Source: Spirochaetales bacterium (GTDB lineage Bacteria; Spirochaetota; Spirochaetia; SZUA-6; RPPD01). From it: a stretch of 64,000 nt of DNA. The stretch spans positions 101 to 64,100 of the forward strand of contig JAFGJO010000014.1 of the NCBI GenBank assembly GCA_016929065.1, read 5' to 3'. The notes under the pieces are model-generated. The model ran no database searches, was not told the DNA's origin, and saw nothing but the letters and a program-made list of their open reading frames with translations. The translations under genes were made by a program, and so were the position numbers. This document shows, piece after piece, positions 19,933 to 29,294 of this stretch (its first letter is position 1; each line of letters begins with the position of its first letter).

Positions 19933-20145
19933 TTATTTTATCTCCGCTTTATATCCTGCATTCTCAACAGCTTTAATTAAAAAAGATGCTTTGACTGTAT
20001 CTGCTCCGGTTATATATGCCTCTTTTTTATCAAAATCAACATGTGCATCATTTACCTCTGCCGTATCCTTCAATGCTTTCTGAATAGTCATGGCGCAATG
20101 CCCGCAAGACATTCCTTCAAGTTTTAATGTGATTGATTGTGCCAT
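19933..20145 (-). CDS. copZ: Copper chaperone CopZ (HMA domain)
   Basis: 70 aa, [15 protein letters not shown]; GGGAGGAA RBS; 15 nt upstream of copA. Confidence 0.8.
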   Translation of the reverse strand: MAQSITLKLEGMSCGHCAMTIQKALKDTAEVNDAHVDFDKKEAYITGADTVKASFLIKAVENAGYKAEIK

Positions 20146-20160
20146 AAATTCCTCCCGGTA

Positions 20161-20304
20161 TTATTTATTGTGTTCCGGTTTATGCTGCCTGTTCAGATCA
20201 CAACAATCAAGCCGGCCTGATCCATACAACTCCCTGTTCGTCTTTGCAAGACGCTCAAGATAACATTTCCATTTATTTTTTATATTGTATAGTAATCCTT
20301 TCAT
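20161..20304 (-). CDS. Small basic Cys-containing protein (47 aa), candidate metal-binding or unknown
   Basis: ATG 5 nt after GAGGAGG, which immediately follows the csoR stop; MKGLLYNIKNKWKCYLERLAKTNRELYGSGRLDCCDLNRQHKPEHNK. Stop is 8 nt before the copZ RBS. Confidence 0.4.
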   Translation of the reverse strand: MKGLLYNIKNKWKCYLERLAKTNRELYGSGRLDCCDLNRQHKPEHNK

Positions 20305-20314
20305 ACAGGCCTCC

Positions 20315-20623
20315 TCACCCGTTTTTTCTGAATTTGGAAAACACATCCATGATCTCTTCTATTTTAGCATGCTGATCACTCACATCACCGCTTTTCATGC
20401 TGTCTGCCACGCAGGTATGCAGATGCTGATGCATGATTATATCCTCAACCCTTCGCATCGCAGCAGCTACTGCCCTGGTCTGCGATAAAATATCAATACA
20501 GTATCTTCCTTCATCAATCATCTTGTAGATACCCCGTATCTGGCCTTCGATCTTGTTCAATCTGGTGAGCACATCACCTTTTTGCTGTTCATACATCATG
20601 ATGCTTTTTCCCCCGTTATCCAC
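20315..20623 (-). CDS. csoR: CsoR/RcnR-family copper-sensing transcriptional repressor
   Basis: LTRLNKIEGQIRGIYKMI...YCIDIL...HQHLHTCV: CsoR helix bundle with Cys-His-Cys Cu(I) ligand pattern; start may be at internal MMYEQQ. Confidence 0.8.
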   Translation of the reverse strand: MDNGGKSIMMYEQQKGDVLTRLNKIEGQIRGIYKMIDEGRYCIDILSQTRAVAAAMRRVEDIIMHQHLHTCVADSMKSGDVSDQHAKIEEIMDVFSKFRKNG

Positions 20624-20632
20624 AATATACTA

Positions 20633-20647
20633 TACCCTGGTAGGGTA
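20633..20647. promoter_or_regulatory. Candidate CsoR operator TACCCTGGTAGGGTA
   Basis: TACCC-N5-GGGTA inverted arms ~10 bp upstream of csoR; resembles published CsoR operators (B. subtilis copZA, TACCC...GGGTA type). Confidence 0.45.
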
Positions 20648-20688
20648 GTCAAATAGAAACCAGTATTCCCCGCTGGCAAAAAAAGAAG

Positions 20689-21078
20689 TTACCCCTTTAC
20701 CTGATTTCTCATCTCAAGACACTTCTTCACCGCATTTATTAATGTCTTTCGTTCAAACGGTTTTTGGAAGGTGTAGGCAACACCCAGCTTGGCAGCCACA
20801 TCAAGATAGAATCCGGGCTTTATCCGGGCTCCGCCGGAAACGGCAATAATCGGCATATCTGGCCAATTGCTTTTGATATCACGGATCGTCTCTATTCCTT
20901 CTTTATCGGGCATGACAATATCGGTAATAACCAGATCAATCGCCTCAACGTCCAGCAGTTTTTCTGCTTCATATCCGTTTTCTGCTCCAAGCACCTGGTA
21001 ACCTTCACGTGAAAGCATCTGAATCATCATATCCCTGAAAAAATCATCATCATCTATTAAAAGAATAACCGCCATCAA
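20689..21078 (-). CDS. Single-domain response regulator (REC only)
   Basis: LLIDDDDFF...DLVITDIVMPDKEGIE...IIAVSG; overlaps upstream kinase by 4 nt. Confidence 0.8.
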   Translation of the reverse strand: MMAVILLIDDDDFFRDMMIQMLSREGYQVLGAENGYEAEKLLDVEAIDLVITDIVMPDKEGIETIRDIKSNWPDMPIIAVSGGARIKPGFYLDVAAKLGVAYTFQKPFERKTLINAVKKCLEMRNQVKG

Positions 21079-24029
21079 TGTTTCCTTCCGAACTCATCAA
21101 GAACACGCCGAATCTGCGCAGCAAGGTCTTTTTTATAAACAGGTTTCAGGACAAAGTCCTTTATGCCGGCTTCCCGCGCGGTATTTTCATCGACCGTTCT
21201 GCTGTACCCGGTACACAGAATGATCGGAAGATCTTTACGTTTTTTCAGCATACACTGCGCCAGCTCTATGCCGGTGAGCCCCGGCATTGTCTGATCCGTG
21301 ATGACCAGATCATATGCATCAGGCTTCCTGACAAATTCCTTCAGTGCTTTTTTACTGCTACTGAAAGTCTGAACACTGTAACCCATTTTTTCAAGCATTT
21401 CTTTCAGAACAATCATCAGGATTTCTTCATCGTCAATCAGCATAATTCTCTCGGAACCGCCCTGAACCGTAATTTCTTCATCCTGTTCAAGAATATACCG
21501 CTCTTCTGTCTTCGGCAGGTAAACGGTAAAGCAGCTCCCCTTTTCCGGCCTGCTGTCAACAAAAATATTCCCGCCGTGACTCTCCAGAATTCCAAATACC
21601 ACAGACAACCCCATACCGGTTCCTTCACCCACTGCCTTTGTGGTAAAAAAGGGTTCAAAAATATTCGGCAGTGTTTCTACAGGGATACCGATGCCATTAT
21701 CTTTTATGGAAATCACCGAATACCATCCCGGCGGAGTGATAAACCACCGGCTCTCGAGCATCGACTCGACTTTTTTTTCACAATGGGTTATCTTGATAAC
21801 GCCCTTTTCACCTATCGCGTAAGCGGCATTGGTACAGAGGTTCATGACAATTTCGTGTATTCTGGTTGCATCAGCCAGCACCGGTTTCGTATCGCCGGCC
21901 AGTGTATGTCTGATATCAATAGTTGTGGGCAGCGTTGCACGCAGCAGCTGGATCACTTCCTTCAGAATTGGCCGGATGAATATCGGCACCTTTTTCTCGC
22001 CGTGCTGCCTGCTGAACGCAAGGATTTGATTGACAAGATTTTTGGCCCGATCCCCCGCGGATAAAATCCGATACAGGTTTCTTCCAATAAAACTTTCCGG
22101 GTCTGCCTCGTCGAGCGACATTTCGGCAAACCCGATAATCGCCCCCAGAATATTGTTGAAATCATGTGCGATGCCGCCGGCGAGCTGTCCAATGGCCTTC
22201 ATTTTGTCGGACTGGCGAAGCTGCGCTTCCAACTTCAGCCGCTCGGAAATATCAATCCCCACAGCAAGCAGCCCCTGCGTCTTCCCGTATTCATCTTTCA
22301 GCGGTTTCTCATGCCATTCAATGGGAATAATACGGTTGTCCTTGGTACAAATAAAATCAATATTCCCCCTGGTTGATTTCCCGGAAATTGCCGGCATAAA
22401 AAGCTCACAGGTTGTTTTCTGATTCTCCGGTATCAAAAATGTCTGAAACCAGTCTTTTCCCATCACTTCTGACAAACGGTATCCGGAAAGCTCCTCCATA
22501 TAATTGTTTATTTGTACAATTTTTCCCTCAGTGTCGAGAACGATAATAACGGCTTGTGCCGTCTCAATAATACTTTCAGAAAAATCCCGCTCCTTTTTCA
22601 GTTCCTGTACATTGCGGCTGGACTGCAGCGCAATGGCCGCAAGAGAGGCAAAAGCATCCACAACCCGTTTGTCGTTTTCAGAAAAATCTCCCGCCTTGTT
22701 TGCCAGCCCCAGTACACCGACAACAATGTTTTTGTTTTTCAAGGGTGCAAAAAGGACATTACGGAGCACCACGTGTCCTTTGGGCAACAGATGATTCCAT
22801 TCACATTCAGTAAAATTATTCTCAAAAACTACTTGGCCCGTTTCATAAGCTATACTCCGAAGTCCTCGAATCGGCATGGGCAGAGCGGGATCGACACTGC
22901 ACGGCCGTCCCCCGGACTCAAGAAACAGGACGTCATTATTGTCTCCCTTTTCATTCAATAATGCGATATATCCCGATGTTGCACCGGTGAGCTCACAGAC
23001 CATATCGAATATTTTCCGCGCGGTCCCGGAAAAATCTGTACTTCCCAGAACTTCGCGCGATGCCAGAAGCAGCGCATCCTGTTCCCGCTGACGCATTTCC
23101 AGCTTCTTCAGAACCTGTTCTTTTTCCACCTCTGCCTGCTTTTTTGCAGAAATATCAATCATGGTGCCGATCATCCGTTTGGGGCGGTCCTGCATATCGC
23201 GCTCAACAATTCGCCCCCTGACAACCACCCACTTCCAGCTGCCGTCTTTCATCCGGAGCCGGTGTTCATACCGCCAGAATTCAGTTTTTCCGTCGAGATG
23301 CTGCTGTAATGTTTTTCTCGTAGTTTTCCTGTCATCCGGATGAATCCGGTCCTCCCAGCTTTTGAACAGAGCAGGGACTTCAGTTTCCCCCAGGATCGCG
23401 GCCCATCCTGGACTGTAATACACACTGCTGTGCTCAATATCCCAATCCCACAAGCCTTCCTGAGCCGCTTCCATTGCAAGGCGATATTTCCTTTCTGTCT
23501 GTTTCTGTTCCTCTTCAACCCGCTTGGTACGGACAATCTCCCAGGCAACATCGGCAAAAAAGGAAATTGCCCGTGCATCGTCAGGGGTGTAGTCGGTCGC
23601 TTTGTTCCCCACTCCCAGGATGGCAACAACTTTATCCCTGCGCATCACCGGAACAACCAGCTCCCGAACAAGTTTGGCATGACCGGCCGGGAGACCTTTC
23701 CGGTGCGGCAATAATTCATAATTATTGTGAATGACCGGCTTTTTCTGATGAACACAATCAACCCATACGCCTGCATCGGCAACCGGGTAGTGCATACCTT
23801 TTGCATCAGTATGACAAAATTCTTTGAGTGTTCTGGTTGACCACTGCTGTAATGTCAGGGACTTCTGGTCATCAGAAACAAAATGATAAAATCCGATCGG
23901 ACTTGCGGCAATATCGCAGATATGATCAAGAGCAAAAACAAGGAGCTCATCGAGCGAATGTCCTAACGCATACTCTATGAGCAACAACCGTGTCTGAAGA
24001 AAAGACTGATTCGCTTCCATTTTTCCCAA
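21075..24029 (-). CDS. Hybrid sensor histidine kinase (GAF-PAS-PAS-HisKA-HATPase_c-REC)
   Basis: HisKA H-box (GIAHDFNNILGAI), HATPase N/G boxes (NLCTNAAYAI, DNGIGIP, GTGMGLSVV), C-terminal receiver (MLIDDEEIL...DLVITDQTMPG). Confidence 0.85.
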   Translation of the reverse strand: MGKMEANQSFLQTRLLLIEYALGHSLDELLVFALDHICDIAASPIGFYHFVSDDQKSLTLQQWSTRTLKEFCHTDAKGMHYPVADAGVWVDCVHQKKPVIHNNYELLPHRKGLPAGHAKLVRELVVPVMRRDKVVAILGVGNKATDYTPDDARAISFFADVAWEIVRTKRVEEEQKQTERKYRLAMEAAQEGLWDWDIEHSSVYYSPGWAAILGETEVPALFKSWEDRIHPDDRKTTRKTLQQHLDGKTEFWRYEHRLRMKDGSWKWVVVRGRIVERDMQDRPKRMIGTMIDISAKKQAEVEKEQVLKKLEMRQREQDALLLASREVLGSTDFSGTARKIFDMVCELTGATSGYIALLNEKGDNNDVLFLESGGRPCSVDPALPMPIRGLRSIAYETGQVVFENNFTECEWNHLLPKGHVVLRNVLFAPLKNKNIVVGVLGLANKAGDFSENDKRVVDAFASLAAIALQSSRNVQELKKERDFSESIIETAQAVIIVLDTEGKIVQINNYMEELSGYRLSEVMGKDWFQTFLIPENQKTTCELFMPAISGKSTRGNIDFICTKDNRIIPIEWHEKPLKDEYGKTQGLLAVGIDISERLKLEAQLRQSDKMKAIGQLAGGIAHDFNNILGAIIGFAEMSLDEADPESFIGRNLYRILSAGDRAKNLVNQILAFSRQHGEKKVPIFIRPILKEVIQLLRATLPTTIDIRHTLAGDTKPVLADATRIHEIVMNLCTNAAYAIGEKGVIKITHCEKKVESMLESRWFITPPGWYSVISIKDNGIGIPVETLPNIFEPFFTTKAVGEGTGMGLSVVFGILESHGGNIFVDSRPEKGSCFTVYLPKTEERYILEQDEEITVQGGSERIMLIDDEEILMIVLKEMLEKMGYSVQTFSSSKKALKEFVRKPDAYDLVITDQTMPGLTGIELAQCMLKKRKDLPIILCTGYSRTVDENTAREAGIKDFVLKPVYKKDLAAQIRRVLDEFGRKH

Positions 24030-24200
24030 TGATAATTTTCAATTTATTCTGCCGGAAGCAGGTTTAAAAGCCATAAAACTACCCCATAAATTCAAGTATA
24101 AAAGGAAACGCTCAAATAGCAAGCCGAATATGGGATTATTCTGAATATTGTATATCTGAAGGGGCTGAATTATACGGACATCATCAGATACGGCGACCAG

Positions 24201-24229
24201 CTTGACAGATGGTCTGCTTCCCCGTAGGA
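24201..24229 (+). promoter_or_regulatory. Candidate sigma70-type promoter for hom (TTGACA-17 nt-TAGGAT)
   Basis: Sequence match only. Confidence 0.25.
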
Positions 24230-24278
24230 TGAAAATCCTGAAAAATAACTTTATATTCGCAGAATGAAGGAGAAAACC

Positions 24279-25631
24279 ATGGCAGAATCCCAAAATATGC
24301 AGGGTATTGCAATTGTCGGCTGCGGAATCGTCGGCAGTTCGGTTGCAAAAATATTGTCCCGCGACCACTCAATGCTGCAGGCCAGGGTAACCACATCGTT
24401 TTCTCTTGTTAAAATTGTGGATATTAATTTTGACCGGGCCAAAAGCCTTGGGCTCGATGAAACACTCTTTGAAAAAAACCTTGAATCGGTACTGAAAAAT
24501 CCGTCGATTCACTGTGTTGTGGAACTTGTCGGCGGGACAACGTTCGCAAAAGAGGTCATCGAGCGCTCTTTAAATGCCGGTAAACACGTCGTCACCGCGA
24601 ACAAGGCGCTTTTGGCCCATCATGGTAATGAATTGCTTGCGCTTGCCCGAAAAAACAACGTCGTCCTGGCGTTTGAGGCAAGTTGTGCAGGCGGCATCCC
24701 GGTGATCCGTGCATTGTATGACGGGCTCCTGGCAAATAGAATCGATGCCCTGTTCGGCATTGTCAACGGTACCTGCAATTATATTCTGACGCAGATGACT
24801 CTCCATGGAAAAACCTATGAGACTGCTCTTTCCGAAGCACAGAAAAAGGGATTTGCAGAAGCCGACCCCACACTTGATGTATCCGGCGGAGATTCTGCCC
24901 ACAAACTTGCCATCCTCGCCGCACTCGCATTCGGCCAGAAAATCAATCTTGATGCGGTGGATGTCACCGGAATTGACCAGCTCGAACTCTGTGATGTCAT
25001 GTACGGCATGGATTTGGGATATGTGATGAAGCTGCTTGCCATATCCATCCGGCAGGACGGCGGGATTACTCTCGCGGTGAAGCCGTCGTTTATTTCACGC
25101 GAGCATCCACTCGCATGGGTTTCTGGTCCCTTTAATGCCGTAAGCATTTATGGCCACGCAACCGGACACACCATGTACTATGGCCGCGGTGCCGGAGGGG
25201 ATCCTACTGCATCAGCTGTCATCAGTGATATACTCTCGGTAGTAAACGGGAGTGCCCGGGCATCGTTTTTCGGCTGTACAATCTGGCCCGACATCGCTGA
25301 TGCATCAAGGGCAATGCCGGTCTCTGAACCAGTCAGCAGGTTTTACATCCGCGTCATGGCATCGGATGAACCAGGCGTGCTTGCGGGGATCGCCTCGATT
25401 CTGGCAAAATATGGCATCAGCATCAGTTCTGTTCTCCAGAAAGAAAAGGATCCTGATGCCGATATGCCCGAGGCAGTTCCGGTGCTGATCACCACGTATC
25501 CGGCAAGGCAGAACAGTGTCCTCGAGGCAATCAGGGAAGTCGATGAGCTTGCGGTGGTACAGTCAAAAAGCGTCTGTATAAACATCATTGATGAACATCC
25601 GGAATGGAAACACCATAAAACACAGAGCTGA
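24279..25631 (+). CDS. hom: Homoserine dehydrogenase with C-terminal ACT domain
   Basis: AGGAG RBS before MAESQ; IAIVGCGIVGSSV (NAD), VVTANKALLAHHG, GFAEADPTLDVSGGDSAHKLAILAALAFG; ACT (FYIRVMASDEPGVLAGIASIL). Confidence 0.85.
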   Translation: MAESQNMQGIAIVGCGIVGSSVAKILSRDHSMLQARVTTSFSLVKIVDINFDRAKSLGLDETLFEKNLESVLKNPSIHCVVELVGGTTFAKEVIERSLNAGKHVVTANKALLAHHGNELLALARKNNVVLAFEASCAGGIPVIRALYDGLLANRIDALFGIVNGTCNYILTQMTLHGKTYETALSEAQKKGFAEADPTLDVSGGDSAHKLAILAALAFGQKINLDAVDVTGIDQLELCDVMYGMDLGYVMKLLAISIRQDGGITLAVKPSFISREHPLAWVSGPFNAVSIYGHATGHTMYYGRGAGGDPTASAVISDILSVVNGSARASFFGCTIWPDIADASRAMPVSEPVSRFYIRVMASDEPGVLAGIASILAKYGISISSVLQKEKDPDADMPEAVPVLITTYPARQNSVLEAIREVDELAVVQSKSVCINIIDEHPEWKHHKTQS

Positions 25632-25647
25632 CAGGAAAGGAATTACG

Positions 25648-26826
25648 ATGAAATATGTCGTTATAATAACAGATGGTGCCGCGGACGTCCCGCTTGCTGA
25701 ACTCGGCGGAAAAACCCCTCTTGAAGCCGCGAACATCCCGCACATGGACAGCATTGCTGCAAAGGGAATATTTGGAACCGTCCAGAATGCTCCCCTTTCC
25801 CTTCCCTGCGGCTCAGATGTTGCAATCATGGCAGTGCTGGGATATGACCCCGAAACGCATTACTCAGGGCGCGCCCCTATTGAAGCGGTCGCAAGCGATA
25901 TCGCAGTATCAGAGACCGACTGGGTGTTCCGGTGCAACATTGTTACCATAAAAAACAATATCATGCTCGATCACAGCGCAGAGAATATTCAGCAGGATGA
26001 GGCGGTAAAAATAATCAGAATTTTGAATAATGAACTCAGCACCGAAAAAATTACCTTTTACCCCGGTGTCAGTTACCGCAACCTCATGGTCTACCATGAC
26101 GACGTCGATATCGTGACAACCCCGCCGCACAATATCCTCGACCAGCACATTGAACAGTACCTCCCGAAAGGAAAAACCGCTCCCCTGCTCAACGACCTTA
26201 TCTCAATGAGCCAGAAACTTCTGGAAGAACATGCGGTCAACCCGCTGGCAACCAGCATCTGGTTCTGGGGTGAAGGAAAGAAACCATTTCTTGAAAACTT
26301 TTATAAACAATACAAACTGCGCGGTGCAAGCATTACCGGTGTTGACCTGGTCCGGGGGCTTTCAAAGCTCGTTGGCTGGGATAGTATCAATGTGCCCGGG
26401 GTCACAGCCTATTTTGACACCAATTACAAAGGGAAAGGCGAATTCGCTGTCCAGGCGCTTGAAAAATACGACATTGTCTGTGTCCACATCGAGGCACCGG
26501 ACGAAGCGGGCCATAAGGGCGATGCTGCAGAAAAGGTTCGGGCCCTTGAAAACATCGACACACATATTGTCGGGCCGATCCTTTCGGCACTTGGGCAGGG
26601 AACACAGCCATGGAGAATCCTTGTGCTTCCCGATCACCCGACGCCCTGCACCATCCGCACCCATACCCACGAACCAGTGCTTTTTGCGATGCTTGACAAC
26701 ACACAAAATGCTGATTCTTCCCGGCTACAGAACCGATATTTTACAGAAGAACAAGCCGCCAAAACAGGGCTTCATATCCCGCAGGGATATACACTGATGA
26801 GCCACCTTGTCAACGGAACGCTGTAG
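25648..26826 (+). CDS. Archaeal-type cofactor-independent phosphoglycerate mutase family protein (ApgM-like); by context the 'proposed homoserine kinase' subfamily
   Basis: MKYVVIITDGAADVP...GKTPLEAANIPHMD...GSDVAIMAVLGYDP...GRAPIEAVA matches the ApgM N-terminus; placed immediately downstream of hom. Confidence 0.7.
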   Translation: MKYVVIITDGAADVPLAELGGKTPLEAANIPHMDSIAAKGIFGTVQNAPLSLPCGSDVAIMAVLGYDPETHYSGRAPIEAVASDIAVSETDWVFRCNIVTIKNNIMLDHSAENIQQDEAVKIIRILNNELSTEKITFYPGVSYRNLMVYHDDVDIVTTPPHNILDQHIEQYLPKGKTAPLLNDLISMSQKLLEEHAVNPLATSIWFWGEGKKPFLENFYKQYKLRGASITGVDLVRGLSKLVGWDSINVPGVTAYFDTNYKGKGEFAVQALEKYDIVCVHIEAPDEAGHKGDAAEKVRALENIDTHIVGPILSALGQGTQPWRILVLPDHPTPCTIRTHTHEPVLFAMLDNTQNADSSRLQNRYFTEEQAAKTGLHIPQGYTLMSHLVNGTL

Positions 26827-26883
26827 GCCGTTTTTCACGGCAACCATTCGCGGCGCGACCTTGTCTATTTTACTGGAGGAATG

Positions 26884-28327
26884 TATGAGCACTTGTTTCC
26901 CGGTCAGAATCAGCCTGATTTTTCTAATTTTTATGTTCAGCTCCCTGTTTCTTTATGCCGAACCGATTTCCACCGATGCCCTGATCAATGCGGTGAAAGA
27001 CGGAAGCCTTGAAACCGTTAAAGAACTCGTCTCGAAAGGCGCTTCTCCTTCGGCATTCAACAGCAAAGGCATTTCCCCCCTGCATACCGCGGCTTATTTC
27101 GGACAGGCACAGATCATGGAATACCTGTGTGCAAAAACCACAGAAATAAATATCCAGGACAACAAGGGATGGACCCCGCTGATGTGGACGGCTTACAAGG
27201 GACATGAAGGCACCGCGGCCGCACTCCTGGCCAAAAACGCCCGTGTCGATATTCAGGCAATCCAAAAACAGACCGCGCTTATGCTCGCGGCACGCAACGG
27301 GTATGCCGGTATTGCCGAACTGTTTGTCCGGCACAAAGCTGATATTCATATCCAGGATGATGAAGGGTGGACCGCCCTCACCTATGCCGCGGCCTTCTCG
27401 CATCTGGATGTGGTCTCGTTTCTTGTCGAAAAGGGTGCCGATCCAAAAAAAACAGACAATGCGGGAAACTGCCTGCTTTCTCTCGCTTTTTCGTCCGAGG
27501 ATATTGATCCCAGGGTAATCGAATACCTGATCAAGAAGGGAAGCCAGGTCAACCATAAAAATTATGACGGATGGACCCCTCTGATGCACGCGATCTACAC
27601 CAACCAGAAACAGGGCGCGGAGATTCTCATCGCAAACAAAGCCTTGCTGAACGAAAAAAACAACAAGGGAATGACCGCTCTGCTCATCGCCTGTGAATCA
27701 AATAACACGCAGGCGGCAGTATTTCTGGTTGCCCGGGGAGCCGATTTCACCATCCGCTCGGCGGACGGCTGGGATGCTCTTCTCTATGCCGCCTCTATGG
27801 GGTCAGAGGATCTTGTTGCTGCACTCCTGATCAAAAAGGCAAGCATCAATACTGCTGCTGCAGACGGGTTTACCCCGCTCATGGCGGCTGCGGCTGCCGG
27901 ACATCCTGTAATAGTAAAAAAACTTATCGCAGCCGGGGCAAATTTGGAGCAAAAAACCACATCCGCAAAAACACCGCTCATGTTCGGATCGTGGGGCCTT
28001 GACGCAGAAGTCATCACCGCCCTGCTTGATGCGGGAGCTCAAGTGAACGAGAAAGATGCTGATGGGATGACCGCGCTGCATCTTGTCTGTGACCGGGAAT
28101 ATGACCTTCCCACCATCAGGCAACCGGATGACGAGAAGAGCGCTGAGCTGGCGAAAAACTATATTGACGGAATCCTGCGCGGATGGGAGGCGGATGCGCT
28201 CAAAGCAGTGGAGATTCTGGTATCGTACAAGGCAGACATCACCCTGCAAAACAACAAGGGCGAGACCCCCCTTGACCTGGCAAAAAAGAAAGACCGGAAA
28301 CAGGTGGCTGCACTGCTTTCCCGGTAG
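26884..28327 (+). CDS. Secreted ankyrin-repeat protein (~12 ANK repeats)
   Basis: GGAGG RBS, hydrophobic signal peptide, repeated G-TPLH-A---GH---V--LL--GA motifs; locally GC-rich coding sequence. Confidence 0.8.
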
Positions 28328-28430
28328 GATTCCTCCCGTACTTTGCTGGTTTCCGGAAGCAGGATATAACCAAAGAGCGTTTTGTGAAACAATCGGAACC
28401 ACAAGATAATCAGTCATTTCCCCTTAACTA

Positions 28431-28460
28431 TTGACACCAAAAAGTCGATCATGTTAGTAT
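28431..28460 (+). promoter_or_regulatory. Candidate promoter TTGACA-18 nt-TAGTAT upstream of small Cys protein gene
   Basis: Sequence match only. Confidence 0.3.
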
Positions 28461-28490
28461 ACACCAGCTTCAAGAAAATTGGAGGTTTCG

Positions 28491-28799
28491 ATGGCATACG
28501 CGAATACATCGCTGGCCGATGAAGATATTTTCTTGGATAAAGTATACTGTGCAAACTGTATCCACTGTAAATTGGTAAAGATTGCAGTGAATGACGGCAG
28601 CCAGTATTACCTTCGGGTTCGCTGCAATGCAGGAAAGTGGAAGAAAAAACTTGGCGAAGAAAAATTCTACAAGTACTTCACGGTAGCGAGACGGAGCCTT
28701 GAAAATTGTGAAAGTTATGAACCCATGGGAGATCTTAAGGATTTTTTAAGAGATCTTAAAAAGAGTTTGCCGATTAAAGATGAAATTTACACATTTTAA
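28491..28799 (+). CDS. Small hypothetical protein with CxxCxxC...C...C cysteine pattern (possible zinc ribbon)
   Basis: GGAGG RBS 5 nt before ATG (MAYANTS...); CANCIHC, RCNAG, ENCESY. Confidence 0.4.
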   Translation: MAYANTSLADEDIFLDKVYCANCIHCKLVKIAVNDGSQYYLRVRCNAGKWKKKLGEEKFYKYFTVARRSLENCESYEPMGDLKDFLRDLKKSLPIKDEIYTF

Positions 28800-29235
28800 A
28801 TCACAGCATGTACTGTTGATGGCGGGCATGATTCTTATAATGATCACAGGAGGAATATTCCTTTCCTGTGCTTCAGAGGAACCTGTTATTACCGATGATA
28901 TGATCGAAGAAGATTATTTTCAGCGGGCTCAGGAAGCTTCTGATCATGAGAATTACAAACTCGCTCTCAAGTACTATTATCAATTCAAAGAACGGTACCC
29001 TGACAATCTGGAAAAGAATACCTGGGCATCGTATGAAATTGCTTTTCTTTACCACAAAACAGGCGATGATGCAAAATCCATTGAATTGCTGAATGAACTG
29101 CTTGCATTATTTGCACAGGATAAAACAGGAGTACTGCCGAAAGCAGTAAAAGTACTCGCTGAAACAGTAAAACAAAAGATACAGGAAAAATCAACTCCGC
29201 CGCCTGTCGATACATCCAGCACCACAAAACAATAA
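28780..29235 (+). CDS. Putative lipoprotein with TPR-like helical repeat
   Basis: Lipobox-like FLSCAS after a hydrophobic segment; YKLALKYYYQFKERYPDN...YEIAFLYHKTGD TPR-like. Confidence 0.5.
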   Translation: MKFTHFKSQHVLLMAGMILIMITGGIFLSCASEEPVITDDMIEEDYFQRAQEASDHENYKLALKYYYQFKERYPDNLEKNTWASYEIAFLYHKTGDDAKSIELLNELLALFAQDKTGVLPKAVKVLAETVKQKIQEKSTPPPVDTSSTTKQ

Positions 29236-29266
29236 AAAACCGGCTGAAATCAGCCGGTTTTTTATT
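29236..29266. terminator. Bidirectional rho-independent terminator
   Basis: AAAAAACCGGCTGAAATCAGCCGGTTTTTTATT: 8-bp GC stem flanked by A- and T-tracts between convergent genes. Confidence 0.6.
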
Positions 29267-29294
29267 GCCTGTTTTATTTTTTCTACAGGGAATC

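Noticed and set aside
24030-24263. Riboswitch (SAM/lysine/Thr) in the 234-nt hom leader
   Set aside because: No conserved riboswitch core sequences recognised; only a plausible -35/-10 pair and a small hairpin. Left as a promoter candidate.
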